Source of the DNA: a virus
Lineage: Duplodnaviria > Caudoviricetes
Virus record (IMG/VR): IMGVR_UViG_3300044842_000203
Span: 47,567-111,566 of that record
DNA: 64,000 bases
Direction: 5' to 3' (one strand)
In this document: positions 53,602 to 62,441 of the stretch, piece after piece
Layout of the letters: every line of letters begins with the position of its first letter
Numbering within the stretch: the stretch's first letter is position 1
Position numbers and translations under genes: made by a program
The notes under the pieces: generated by a model
Databases searched by the model: none
What the model saw: the letters and a program-made list of their open reading frames with translations, nothing else
Told to the model about the DNA's origin: nothing

Positions 53602-56600
53602 CTATTGCAGAGCCAGCTCGCCCGTCGCCGCGGGCACCAATTCCGCATAGCCGCGCGCCACTGACTCGACATCGACTTCCGCGTCAGCGGCGTCTTCGAG
53701 CACGACTGTTGCCATAGCCACGGTGGCGATGTCCACTACAGCGGCGGCCACCGTCAGCAGGCTCACGCTGGTCGCGACGGGCGGCCACGTGAACGTGGCC
53801 TTCCCGATGACGCGCAACGCTTCAGCGAGCACACCAGCCAGCTGAACCTGCGCTGCTACCGCGGGACCACTCAGCGGCGAAACCGCCGCGATGTGAGTAG
53901 TTGGGACTCTTGACTGCACGCTCGGTGCGAATGCTGGCGCTACTACTTGAGTAGTGGCCGCGCCCGCGTGCGCCACGGATTGTCCGGTGCTGCTCACAGC
54001 CGGCGCGGTGTTCGCCGCACCAGCTGTGCTCACTCGGGGGGTCACCACGGGCGCCGGATCGAATGCCTGCGTAGTGGTACTGGCCCCACCTGCCGCGACG
54101 TGCACATCGGCTCGCGCATCCGCGGCGGCGCTGACTGCGGCGGGTCGCGCCGATGTGGCGATGATGTTGCTAGTGGCGGGCACGGTGGTGTCAGCTGTGC
54201 CCGCGCCAGGGTGACCGGACACGAGAGGTGCCGCGTTCCCAGCGGCGACGCCGGCCGCGCCTAGTCCTACCGGTGTGCTCACCGTTGTTCGCGCCACCCC
54301 CGCCCCGGCCGATGCGCCAGCCGCGGGTGGTGTGCTCACCAATGCCACTCCGGCGTCGAGCGCGGCGATGGTGACTCCGGCGGTTTCGGCCTGCGCGAAG
54401 GTGACGGTCTCATCGGAGGCAAGCGCGTCGATCCCCTGCGCGTTGACGTTCGCGACCCCCGGCTGCGCGCTGATCAAGGTGGCAGCAGCGGGCACCGCAA
54501 CGGCGCTAGCCGCCTCGATCGGCCGGGCTCCTACTATCGGCGTGGCCGGCAGCGCGGTGGCCGTTCCGGCCGCTGTAGAGGCCGTGGAGGCCAGTGCGAC
54601 CGCGACCGCTGGCGCACCAGCCGTGACCGCGGCGGGGCCCGCTGGGGCCGCTACAGCCGGTGCCTGGGCGCCTGCGGCGCCACTGGCCCCCGCGGTGGAC
54701 AGCCCGGCGGCGAGGGTGGCGGTCAGATCGCCCGCGGCGGCGTTAACTCCTGTTAACCCCGCTGGTGCGGCCACTGAAGGGGCAGCGGCCACGGTGGCCG
54801 TGACCGAGGCCGTATTGGTTTGGGTGGTGGCGCTGCCGCTGGCCATGTTGTTGCCCGCGGCGCTGACACCGGAGGTGGATGCTGGGACCGCCACACTCGC
54901 GCTCGACGCCGTGGCCGCGCTGGCGCCACTGCCCCCGGCCGGCGCGGCTACAGATGGCAGGGGGGTGGGTGCCGAGGTGGAGACAGCGGCGGTGCTGGTG
55001 GTCGCTGTAACGGTGGTGGTGGGGGTGTTGGCGCTGGCGCTGGCCCCGGTGGTGGGCGCTCCGACGGCAACATCGCTGCGCGCGGTGGGGCTGGCCGCGG
55101 TCGCGGCGGCGGTGGGGATCGCCGTGGTACCGGTGGCGGTCGGGTTGTTAGCTGCGGCGCTGGTTTGGCTGGCGGTCGCGGTGGGCGCGACACTGGGTGC
55201 CGCCGCGTTCGCGGCGGCAGTGATTGTGCTGCTGGCCGCGTTCGCGGCGACGGTTTTGCTCGCCGCTGGGCTGGTCGCCGTGGCGGTGGCCGTGGTGATT
55301 GAGCTGCTGACCTGACCCGTCGGTGATTGTGCGGCTGCACTACTGCCCGCGGTGGGCGCACCCGATGCGACACTCCGCGCGGGCGCGTACGCCGTGGCTG
55401 TGGCCGCCGGGGCGCCCGCCGGGGCGCTGACACTGCTGCTGGGCGCCTGCCCGGCCGCGTTCGCGCTACCAGCCCCCAGCGGCGCGGTGAGCGCGGTGGT
55501 GGGGGTCTGGGCGGCAGCGCCTACCCCAGCTGCCGTCGCAACCGAGGCCGTGGTCGCGCCGGGCAGCTGCGCTGCCGCGCTGACGACGCTAACCGCGGCA
55601 ACCGGGGCCACGCCAGTCGAGGGACTGGGCGCGCTGACCGATGCGCCGGCCACTCCGGCGACCACGGTCACGCTCGTGCTGGGGGCCTGCGCCGCGACTG
55701 TGCCCGAGCTGCCCCCGGCTACCGGGGTGACACTGGGCGCCGGGCTGGGTGCGGTGGCAACAGCATCCGCGTCGACAGGTGTCGCGGTGATCGCTGAGGT
55801 GGCATTCCCCGCGGTGGCGGTGACGTCTGCGTCGGTCGCGGTGGGACTGGCGGAGACCGAGACGATGACGCTGACGGAGCTACGCGGTGTCTGGTAGTGG
55901 CGGGCGCGCCGATTCGGGCCTTTGCCGGGATGCCACGAGGTGGACTGGTAGCCCTTGACGGGGGCCGGAATGACCTCCATCGCCAAAGCGACGGTGATGG
56001 AAGTGGTGGTCCCCCACGTGCCCCCGAGCGTGATCGCCTGCCCAGGGTTTTTCGTGTAGGAATTAGCGTAAATGTCGATGATGGTGACGCCATCGGTGGG
56101 CCCAGAGGCGTCTGTCCAGTCCAGCGTGGTATTAGCGTTCGCCGTGAAGGTCGTGTTGACGTTGGGGTTATCAACAATCGCCCAAATCCACGAACCCATT
56201 CGGTTCGGGGTGATGCTGAATGTACCGTCGTTGCTTTGTCCGCCGGTCGCTTTGATGGCGATAGCGGCGGGTGTTTGATCCCAGTGCGCCCCGGTGAAAA
56301 TCAACGGGTCGAGGACTCGGCCACCGGAGCTAGTTCCCCATCCGCTGAAAGTGATGGTGACGGTGATCGAGCCCGGTGATTGATCGAAGTAGTGGTACCA
56401 GCCGGCGACACCGCCACCCGCTGTCGACGCGGAAGGATTGGCGACAACACCGTTGGTGGTTCCAGGTAGCGGCGTCCAGGTGTTGCCCCCGGTGTCGCTG
56501 ATGGCCATACCCGCTACACCGGAGGCGTTCGTCCAGCCCTGCGCAGCGAAAATGACCACCAGCGAATGCGCTGGCGGGGTGAACGTCGAGGTGCAGGTGG

Positions 56601-56673
56601 AGGGAGTGCCCTGCCCCGTGGCGACCGTTGATGCCGGGGTTGACCCGTCGACGAGCACCGCGGGATACGGCAC
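53602..56673 (-). CDS. Large Ala/Thr/Ser-rich putative virion protein
   Basis: Beta-rich N-terminal domain, long low-complexity stalk, structural block. Confidence 0.7.
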   Translation of the reverse strand: MPYPAVLVDGSTPASTVATGQGTPSTCTSTFTPPAHSLVVIFAAQGWTNASGVAGMAISDTGGNTWTPLPGTTNGVVANPSASTAGGGVAGWYHYFDQSPGSITVTITFSGWGTSSGGRVLDPLIFTGAHWDQTPAAIAIKATGGQSNDGTFSITPNRMGSWIWAIVDNPNVNTTFTANANTTLDWTDASGPTDGVTIIDIYANSYTKNPGQAITLGGTWGTTTSITVALAMEVIPAPVKGYQSTSWHPGKGPNRRARHYQTPRSSVSVIVSVSASPTATDADVTATAGNATSAITATPVDADAVATAPSPAPSVTPVAGGSSGTVAAQAPSTSVTVVAGVAGASVSAPSPSTGVAPVAAVSVVSAAAQLPGATTASVATAAGVGAAAQTPTTALTAPLGAGSANAAGQAPSSSVSAPAGAPAATATAYAPARSVASGAPTAGSSAAAQSPTGQVSSSITTATATATSPAASKTVAANAASSTITAAANAAAPSVAPTATASQTSAAANNPTATGTTAIPTAAATAASPTARSDVAVGAPTTGASASANTPTTTVTATTSTAAVSTSAPTPLPSVAAPAGGSGASAATASSASVAVPASTSGVSAAGNNMASGSATTQTNTASVTATVAAAPSVAAPAGLTGVNAAAGDLTATLAAGLSTAGASGAAGAQAPAVAAPAGPAAVTAGAPAVAVALASTASTAAGTATALPATPIVGARPIEAASAVAVPAAATLISAQPGVANVNAQGIDALASDETVTFAQAETAGVTIAALDAGVALVSTPPAAGASAGAGVARTTVSTPVGLGAAGVAAGNAAPLVSGHPGAGTADTTVPATSNIIATSARPAAVSAAADARADVHVAAGGASTTTQAFDPAPVVTPRVSTAGAANTAPAVSSTGQSVAHAGAATTQVVAPAFAPSVQSRVPTTHIAAVSPLSGPAVAAQVQLAGVLAEALRVIGKATFTWPPVATSVSLLTVAAAVVDIATVAMATVVLEDAADAEVDVESVARGYAELVPAATGELALQ

Positions 56674-56703
56674 GTCAACCCCCTACGTCATAGCACCTCG
56701 TGA

Positions 56704-57252
56704 TCAGTTGAGTGCTTCGAGAATGAAGTTGTGCAGCTGGATGGTGTTGCTGGCGCTGGCCGCTGACCAGGTGCCGAACAAATCGAGCTGCAAGGCGGTG
56801 GTGGTGTCGATGTTGCTGCCGACTGCGGGCGCGGAGTCAGGTAGCACCCACGTGTTCGCGTTACCGCCCGTGGAGCCAACCGCAGCGGAGGATGTGCACT
56901 TGCCAACACCCAGCAGGTTGCCGGTGGAACCGATGGCGCGGCAAATGAGGTGCACCATCAATTCCCACGATTTGTTCGTCACTGAGGCGACGGTGACCGC
57001 TGCGCCACCGTTCCACACCACTGTGTTGTTGAGGCGTATATCCCACGTGAATGATGGTGGGCCGGTGGTGGTGGAGATACGACCCTGCGCAGTGACGCGC
57101 AGCGCCTTTCCGGGGGCGCTAAAGAAGTTCGCCGGCAGAGTGAACTTCGCCGCCGCGGGTAACAAAGATGTCGCGGTAACGCTGTTAGCTAATGCAGCAC
57201 CGTCGACCTGCGACGTGATGAGTGTTTCTTGCCATGTTTGGAGACTCATCAC
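56704..57252 (-). CDS. Putative virion structural protein
   Basis: Beta-rich, T/S/G-rich. Confidence 0.65.
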   Translation of the reverse strand: MMSLQTWQETLITSQVDGAALANSVTATSLLPAAAKFTLPANFFSAPGKALRVTAQGRISTTTGPPSFTWDIRLNNTVVWNGGAAVTVASVTNKSWELMVHLICRAIGSTGNLLGVGKCTSSAAVGSTGGNANTWVLPDSAPAVGSNIDTTTALQLDLFGTWSAASASNTIQLHNFILEALN

Positions 57253-57258
57253 ACCCCC

Positions 57259-57732
57259 TTATGTGATGGTCATGCGTACAAGGCCGTTGGCATTGGGCAC
57301 CGCAGTGAATGTGCCATTAGTCACAGCATTCAGGCCGCCGAAGTAATTAAAGCAAATGCCCTGATTCGCAACCGGCGTGGCCACCGTGGTGTCGTAAATC
57401 TGCATGCCGTAGATGTTGTTCAGCGTGGCCGCAGAGCCAGAAGCGATGTTCGCAGATGTAAAGAACACCACATCAGCGGTGCCCGAGTTCAGCGACGTGC
57501 TCGATAGCGCCTGCCCACCCTGCGGCCACTGACCAGCCTGGTAGACCTCTTGCGCGGTTGCCCACTGGCCAGCGTTGTAGGCGGAGTTCGCCGAAGTGAC
57601 GTTCTCATCGGGCGTGATCGAGTTGTTATATAGCGCCGCCTTGAAAGCATCACTGCCCAAGTCGAGAGCGGTGGTGTTGTCCAGAACATCCGCGAGGTAA
57701 GCGCGGAAGACCTTACTTGCTGACCAGGCCAT
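57259..57732 (-). CDS. Putative tail-associated structural protein
   Basis: DLGSDAFKAALY...GG..L; TAATG-coupled. Confidence 0.7.
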   Translation of the reverse strand: MAWSASKVFRAYLADVLDNTTALDLGSDAFKAALYNNSITPDENVTSANSAYNAGQWATAQEVYQAGQWPQGGQALSSTSLNSGTADVVFFTSANIASGSAATLNNIYGMQIYDTTVATPVANQGICFNYFGGLNAVTNGTFTAVPNANGLVRMTIT

Positions 57733-58043
57733 TAGCTGTTACCGCCCTTGCCTTCAATAGCGGCGCCGGCTACGCCGGCCAGCGCGCGCACCTCTTGACC
57801 GCGGATCGACACCGGGCCCTCCGCGAGCACGGCTTCAGCCTTCCTGCGGGCCTCGTCCAGCGCGGCTTCCTCGTCGCGCAGTTCCTCTTTGGCGCGCTTG
57901 AGGTCATCCCGCAGCGACGAAAGGTGCGCCTCGAACTTGCTCACCTTGTCCTGCGCGCCGTCGACTTTGCTTTTCACGTAGCGCACTAGGTGCTCGTGCA
58001 CGGGCACCGCAGCAACGGCCTCCCGGCGTTCCTGCTCACTCAT
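57732..58043 (-). CDS. Coiled-coil protein
   Basis: GGAG RBS. Confidence 0.65.
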   Translation of the reverse strand: MSEQERREAVAAVPVHEHLVRYVKSKVDGAQDKVSKFEAHLSSLRDDLKRAKEELRDEEAALDEARRKAEAVLAEGPVSIRGQEVRALAGVAGAAIEGKGGNS

Positions 58044-58044
58044 T

Positions 58045-58371
58045 TCACTTACTCCGGGCAAGACTCCCCCTCTCCACCGTTGCTGTTGCGCACGGCACGT
58101 ACACCGTTGTGTCGTAGCCGTCGTCGTGCTCCACCGTTGTGGACATCACGGGAATGCCCTCAACCATGGTCACGATGTCTTTGCCGACGTAATCCCCACG
58201 CTCGTGAATCTTCACCCCGGCCTTAGTGCCCGCGGGGATGAGCGCGATCATCAACCCACCAGCGTATTTGCACGGATGATGGGGCAACGCGTCATCATAG
58301 GTGCGGGCGCTACTGCCGCACCCTTTGGCGCATTCCCAATCCCGATGCAGCAGGGTCGCTGTGTTACTCAT
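58045..58371 (-). CDS. Hypothetical phage protein
   Basis: ATGA-coupled. Confidence 0.7.
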   Translation of the reverse strand: MSNTATLLHRDWECAKGCGSSARTYDDALPHHPCKYAGGLMIALIPAGTKAGVKIHERGDYVGKDIVTMVEGIPVMSTTVEHDDGYDTTVYVPCATATVERGSLARSK

Positions 58372-58727
58372 GCGGGCACCGCGATTCTCCGGTCAAAGTC
58401 GTAGGTTCTGTTGATGATCCGTTCGGTTTGTGTCCCGTCGGGGGAAGTGATGTAGGCCTGCACCACCACCCGATCGCAATCCCAGAAGTTAGTTTGATCA
58501 GGCTGGACAAAGATCTGCACATCACGTCCGGAAGCGGTTGCTACCCCCACGCCGCTGGGTCGATTCGATGCGCTCGACCAGACCTGGAGGAGGGGGCCGC
58601 CAACGGTTTCAGCGGCGGCGTAGGCGATCACGGACCAGCCATCCATGGACAGCGCCATACCGGAGCCGTCGGTGACGTCCTTAGCTCGGATGATCCGGTT
58701 CGTGCCCTGCGCCAGCCGCTCCCTCAT
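58368..58727 (-). CDS. Putative virion/baseplate-like small protein
   Basis: ATGA-coupled, beta-rich. Confidence 0.6.
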   Translation of the reverse strand: MRERLAQGTNRIIRAKDVTDGSGMALSMDGWSVIAYAAAETVGGPLLQVWSSASNRPSGVGVATASGRDVQIFVQPDQTNFWDCDRVVVQAYITSPDGTQTERIINRTYDFDRRIAVPA

Positions 58728-59110
58728 GGCGTGGTGGTCACCACCGGGGGAGGAGCGGTAGGCGGGACAACGACGGGCACATCGGGTGGCACGGGCGCGA
58801 TGACCTGTGTGCGCAGGTACCAGGCCACAATGCCCTCGACCACGATCATCACGCCGGCCTGCAACTGGTCCGGCAGTGCGATGTGCAGCGCGAGTGCGAG
58901 CGCGAACAAAGCCTTGAGCAGGCCGGCGACCAGCGGCGCGGCCTGCTCCCCTGACACGGTGGCCGCGGTGACCAGCCCGGATGCGGCGGTGATGACAGCC
59001 AACACAGCGCCGTTAATTACTGGGTCGAGGTGCAGGAATGGGACGAGGAAAATCAGCACCCCGCTGATGAGGTGAATCCACTGAGCGGGCTCACGACCAA
59101 AGATTTTCAC
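58724..59110 (-). CDS. Holin
   Basis: 4 TM, FGREP...RTQV, follows endolysin. Confidence 0.8.
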   Translation of the reverse strand: MKIFGREPAQWIHLISGVLIFLVPFLHLDPVINGAVLAVITAASGLVTAATVSGEQAAPLVAGLLKALFALALALHIALPDQLQAGVMIVVEGIVAWYLRTQVIAPVPPDVPVVVPPTAPPPVVTTTP

Positions 59111-59118
59111 GATGCCCC

Positions 59119-60048
59119 CTAGTAGGTCGGTTTCGTTTCGATGGTGAATTTGGCGTCCACTGCGTGAGTGAAGTCCCACTTCATCACCAGCTTCGTGGTC
59201 CCCGACTTGAGTTCGCGCCCCACGCGCCGATAGTTGTTCTTGGCGTCTTGGGTGAGGTCCTTTTCCGTCCAGGTCCAGCCCTCAATGCCGCCTCCGTCGC
59301 CTTGGGCGAGGATTTCCAGGGACACGGGCCCGGATACGTCCATCGCGACGACGGATAGCCACGCCTTGCGACCGCTGTAGCCATCAGCGGACCCGACGAT
59401 GATGGGGAAGATCTCGTGCCCGGCGCCGTCGAGTTTGATCGGAGGCCAAATCATCGCTTCCTCCAAGGGTTTGCCGGTCAGGGCCGCCCAGATGCCGGCG
59501 CGGAATGCGTTCATGTCGATAGAGCGTTCGCTGCCATCCCCCAACCCCGGATCCCACTTGCCCTCACCGGAGGTTTCGAAATGCCCCCGCACCCACCCGG
59601 TGTCGGTTTGGCCGAGGACACCGAGGATCACTCCGCCGAGGATTTGCGCGGAGCGGCGTTGTGCAGCGGTCATGGGCTGCAAACCGGGGTACATGATTTC
59701 GTTGCCCCACACGCGCGGATTGAACAACCCGGTGGGGGTGAACGGGCCGAGGCTAGATCCGGCGGCGGCCCCGGCGTGGTTGGCGGGGAATGCGGCGATG
59801 ATGTGCACCCTGCCGTCGGGGTAGGTGCAGCAGTTACACAGCGGCGGGTCGAGATCGGGTCGACCGTTGACGAGGATGGACAGCCCGGCGCCGTAGTTGT
59901 CGCCTGTGTGGTGCTGGATTAGCCCCTGCGGGCGGCCGTTGGGGAACACGTAGCCGTTGCCACGGGTGTCCCAACCGGGCTCGAAGCTGACCGTGACGCC
60001 GTTGTAGCGCAGGCCCGCGGCTACGGCGTTGGCGAACCCGACGCTCAC
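59119..60048 (-). CDS. Endolysin, amidase_2 family
   Basis: GWDTRG, HHTG, NHAG, GNE, GHFE, KWDP. Confidence 0.9.
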   Translation of the reverse strand: MSVGFANAVAAGLRYNGVTVSFEPGWDTRGNGYVFPNGRPQGLIQHHTGDNYGAGLSILVNGRPDLDPPLCNCCTYPDGRVHIIAAFPANHAGAAAGSSLGPFTPTGLFNPRVWGNEIMYPGLQPMTAAQRRSAQILGGVILGVLGQTDTGWVRGHFETSGEGKWDPGLGDGSERSIDMNAFRAGIWAALTGKPLEEAMIWPPIKLDGAGHEIFPIIVGSADGYSGRKAWLSVVAMDVSGPVSLEILAQGDGGGIEGWTWTEKDLTQDAKNNYRRVGRELKSGTTKLVMKWDFTHAVDAKFTIETKPTY

Positions 60049-60425
60049 GATTCGGGCCTTTCGTGATGTCCACGGGTAGTCCACCGTAGGTAGGCGTCGT
60101 GATCAGCGACCAGGCCGGCGGGGATGTCCTCGAAAGGCTGGAAGGCGATCTCGGGGTGGTCGGCGGCCGGGTCGAAACCGGGCTTGAGGTAGGGGGCGTT
60201 GGGCTCGGCGTCGATCTCACCAATGAAACTCACGTGCCCCGGCGAGAGGTCATCTTCCCGGTAGACGGTGACCAGGGGGGCGTCACCGACGCCGAATCCG
60301 CGCGGGTCGTCATGGGGGTGCGCGGCACCGAGAAGGTGCTCAACGATGTGGTGGATGACTTCGTGAGACAGCTCGATACCGCGCTCGTCGAGTAGCGCGG
60401 TCGGGATGTCTCTGCGGTAACGCAC
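60045..60425 (-). CDS. Hypothetical protein
   Basis: GTGA-coupled to endolysin. Confidence 0.65.
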   Translation of the reverse strand: MRYRRDIPTALLDERGIELSHEVIHHIVEHLLGAAHPHDDPRGFGVGDAPLVTVYREDDLSPGHVSFIGEIDAEPNAPYLKPGFDPAADHPEIAFQPFEDIPAGLVADHDAYLRWTTRGHHERPES

Positions 60426-60481
60426 AGGGCCTCACTTGTGGACCGCGCCGGGAGGTTGGGGCCCCCCGGCGCGGTTGCGGA

Positions 60482-60568
60482 TCAGGATTGTTTCTTGTCG
60501 CGGTTAAACAGCTTGTCGAGCAGCTTCTTGATGCCCCAGGCCTCAAGCAGCTTGCCGATCTTGCTCAC
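60482..60568 (-). CDS. 28-aa cationic amphipathic peptide
   Basis: MSKIGKLLEAWGIKKLLDKLFNRDKKQS, GTGA-coupled. Confidence 0.55.
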   Translation of the reverse strand: MSKIGKLLEAWGIKKLLDKLFNRDKKQS

Positions 60569-60876
60569 CGTCGGCGTGCGGACGGGGGGGTATCGCCACC
60601 CGCGCCAGTGTCACCACCAGTGCCGGTGTCAGTGCCGCCAGTGCCGGGGTCGCTGGGAGACGGGGCCGGGTTGTCCTGCGCCAGGGCCTGCTCCAACTGG
60701 TCAAGCTGGTCACTCAACGACTGCGCGTCAGCGTTCATCTGGTCGGTAGTCGCGGTGGAAACCTGACCCTGAAGCTGCGTGATCTGGTCCTGGAGGGACT
60801 GCACCTTGTTGCGCATGTTCTGTGCGTAGTTGGTGACGTCGCTCTTGAGCCGGTCAAGCTCGTCCTGGAAAGCCAC
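60565..60876 (-). CDS. Coiled-coil protein with G/T/P tail
   Basis: GGAGGAG RBS; frame extends to 61014. Confidence 0.65.
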   Translation of the reverse strand: MAFQDELDRLKSDVTNYAQNMRNKVQSLQDQITQLQGQVSTATTDQMNADAQSLSDQLDQLEQALAQDNPAPSPSDPGTGGTDTGTGGDTGAGGDTPPSARRR

Positions 60877-61066
60877 GATGAACTCCTCCAATAGTTGAAG
60901 TTGCGCCCTCAGCCGGCCGAACTGCTCAAGGATCGACGGGCGGTGACGTGCCCACCCATGCCCGTCGCCTTGCTCCGGCAGATGCGCATGGCCGTGTGTC
61001 ACGCGGGCCATCATGGGCCAGCGATCGAGCGACTACAGGCAGGCACGCCGGGGCACCAGCGAGTGT

Positions 61067-61363
61067 TCAGCCCGGTGCCGACGGCCTTTCGGCGCGGGAC
61101 ATGCGCAGGCCCCAGTTGGCGACAAGCACCGCGACCAGTGACAGGAACAGTCGGTAGGAGGCGATGTTGCCCAGGTTTTCCAGCTCGGTGGCGATGACGA
61201 TGAAGGCGAACAGTCCCAGCGCCAGGTAGCGGGCTCGCTGCCCACCGTGCGCGTAGGCCCGCTGCCACTGCACGCTGATCCGGCCGATGAGCACCAAACA
61301 GGAGATCACGCACAGGATGCGGATCACGTCGAAGATCGTCAGATACCAGGTTCCGAACGGCAT
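61067..61363 (-). CDS. Membrane protein
   Basis: 3 TM. Confidence 0.65.
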   Translation of the reverse strand: MPFGTWYLTIFDVIRILCVISCLVLIGRISVQWQRAYAHGGQRARYLALGLFAFIVIATELENLGNIASYRLFLSLVAVLVANWGLRMSRAERPSAPG

Positions 61364-61427
61364 GCTCGGGTATGAGGGGCTACAGATGAGGGGGATGCAA
61401 TTGGCGGGGAATCCCACACTGCGCCTC

Positions 61428-62039
61428 CTAGCAGTGGTTTGTGGGGACGGGGAAGTTGTGCGCGGACTGCTGGGCTGCCTGTAGGGATTTGGTGTAGGTC
61501 TGATTAGCGGTGAAGTAGCCGGTAAGCGCGGCCAGGCCCGTCGCGCGCTGCTCGGGACTGGGCTGGCCGCCGTTCGCTGGAGCGTTAGTGATGACTTCCT
61601 TAACGAGGTTGCCCAGGGCGACGTTGTTGGCGATAGCTGCGTCGCGGGCACGCTGTGAGTCCTGGTCGCGGGCGGCGAATGCGTTGGTGAACTCGTGCGC
61701 GTACTGCACGTAGCACGCGGTGGTGCGATCCAGCTGGATCTTTTGGTAGAGCACGAGTATCACGGTGACCAGGGCCATGACGGCAACAATGAAGCTCAAG
61801 ACGTGCTGACTGTCGTCGGAGTGCAGCGACCACCAGTAGGACCGCCGATGTCGCCGAGACACAGGCACGGCTGCGGGTTCGGCGAGGGTCGGCTCCACGA
61901 TGACCTTCTCTCGTATGTCGTTGACGTCATTCCTGATGTCACTGACGCTGTTGCCCAGTCGCCCGAGGGAGTACCCAACGACGATGCCAACTAATGACCA
62001 GATCGCCGAGTTGAGGATATAGCTGATGGTGACGCTCAC
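61428..62039 (-). CDS. Membrane protein of lysis region
   Basis: 2 TM plus helical ectodomain with paired Cys. Confidence 0.75.
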   Translation of the reverse strand: MSVTISYILNSAIWSLVGIVVGYSLGRLGNSVSDIRNDVNDIREKVIVEPTLAEPAAVPVSRRHRRSYWWSLHSDDSQHVLSFIVAVMALVTVILVLYQKIQLDRTTACYVQYAHEFTNAFAARDQDSQRARDAAIANNVALGNLVKEVITNAPANGGQPSPEQRATGLAALTGYFTANQTYTKSLQAAQQSAHNFPVPTNHC

Positions 62040-62230
62040 TTTTTACCGCTTTCGTCGCTGTCGCCGCGCTTGGCTTTGAGCGCCATCGCCCCGCCCACAA
62101 TTGCCATGAAAATCACATTGATTTGTGGATCGGGCTTATAGGTCATTGAGGTTACAGACAAGCCAAAGGAAACCACCCACACGCAGGTGACTATGCTGAT
62201 AACAATGTTGGCCAGCTTAGGTGATATCAC
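62036..62230 (-). CDS. Small 2-TM membrane protein
   Basis: Coupled, lysis region. Confidence 0.65.
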   Translation of the reverse strand: MISPKLANIVISIVTCVWVVSFGLSVTSMTYKPDPQINVIFMAIVGGAMALKAKRGDSDESGKK

Positions 62231-62438
62231 TGCCGGCCACTTCGACTGCCGGCTCCCTCGTGTGCACAGCGATAGCGGCTTCCAGGCGCGACTGCTGGGC
62301 TACTAGTTCGGCGGACTTGTCGGGGTCGGTGCACTCCACGATGAGCAACTCCAGCTTGTAATGCTCAGCTTCTAGTTGGAGAACACGCTGCCGAAGTAGA
62401 TCATTCTTGTCTTTATCGGTGAGTAGCTGGTAATCCAT
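62217..62438 (-). CDS. Small helical phage protein
   Basis: Follows tail gene. Confidence 0.65.
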   Translation of the reverse strand: MDYQLLTDKDKNDLLRQRVLQLEAEHYKLELLIVECTDPDKSAELVAQQSRLEAAIAVHTREPAVEVAGSDIT

Positions 62439-62441
62439 TCA

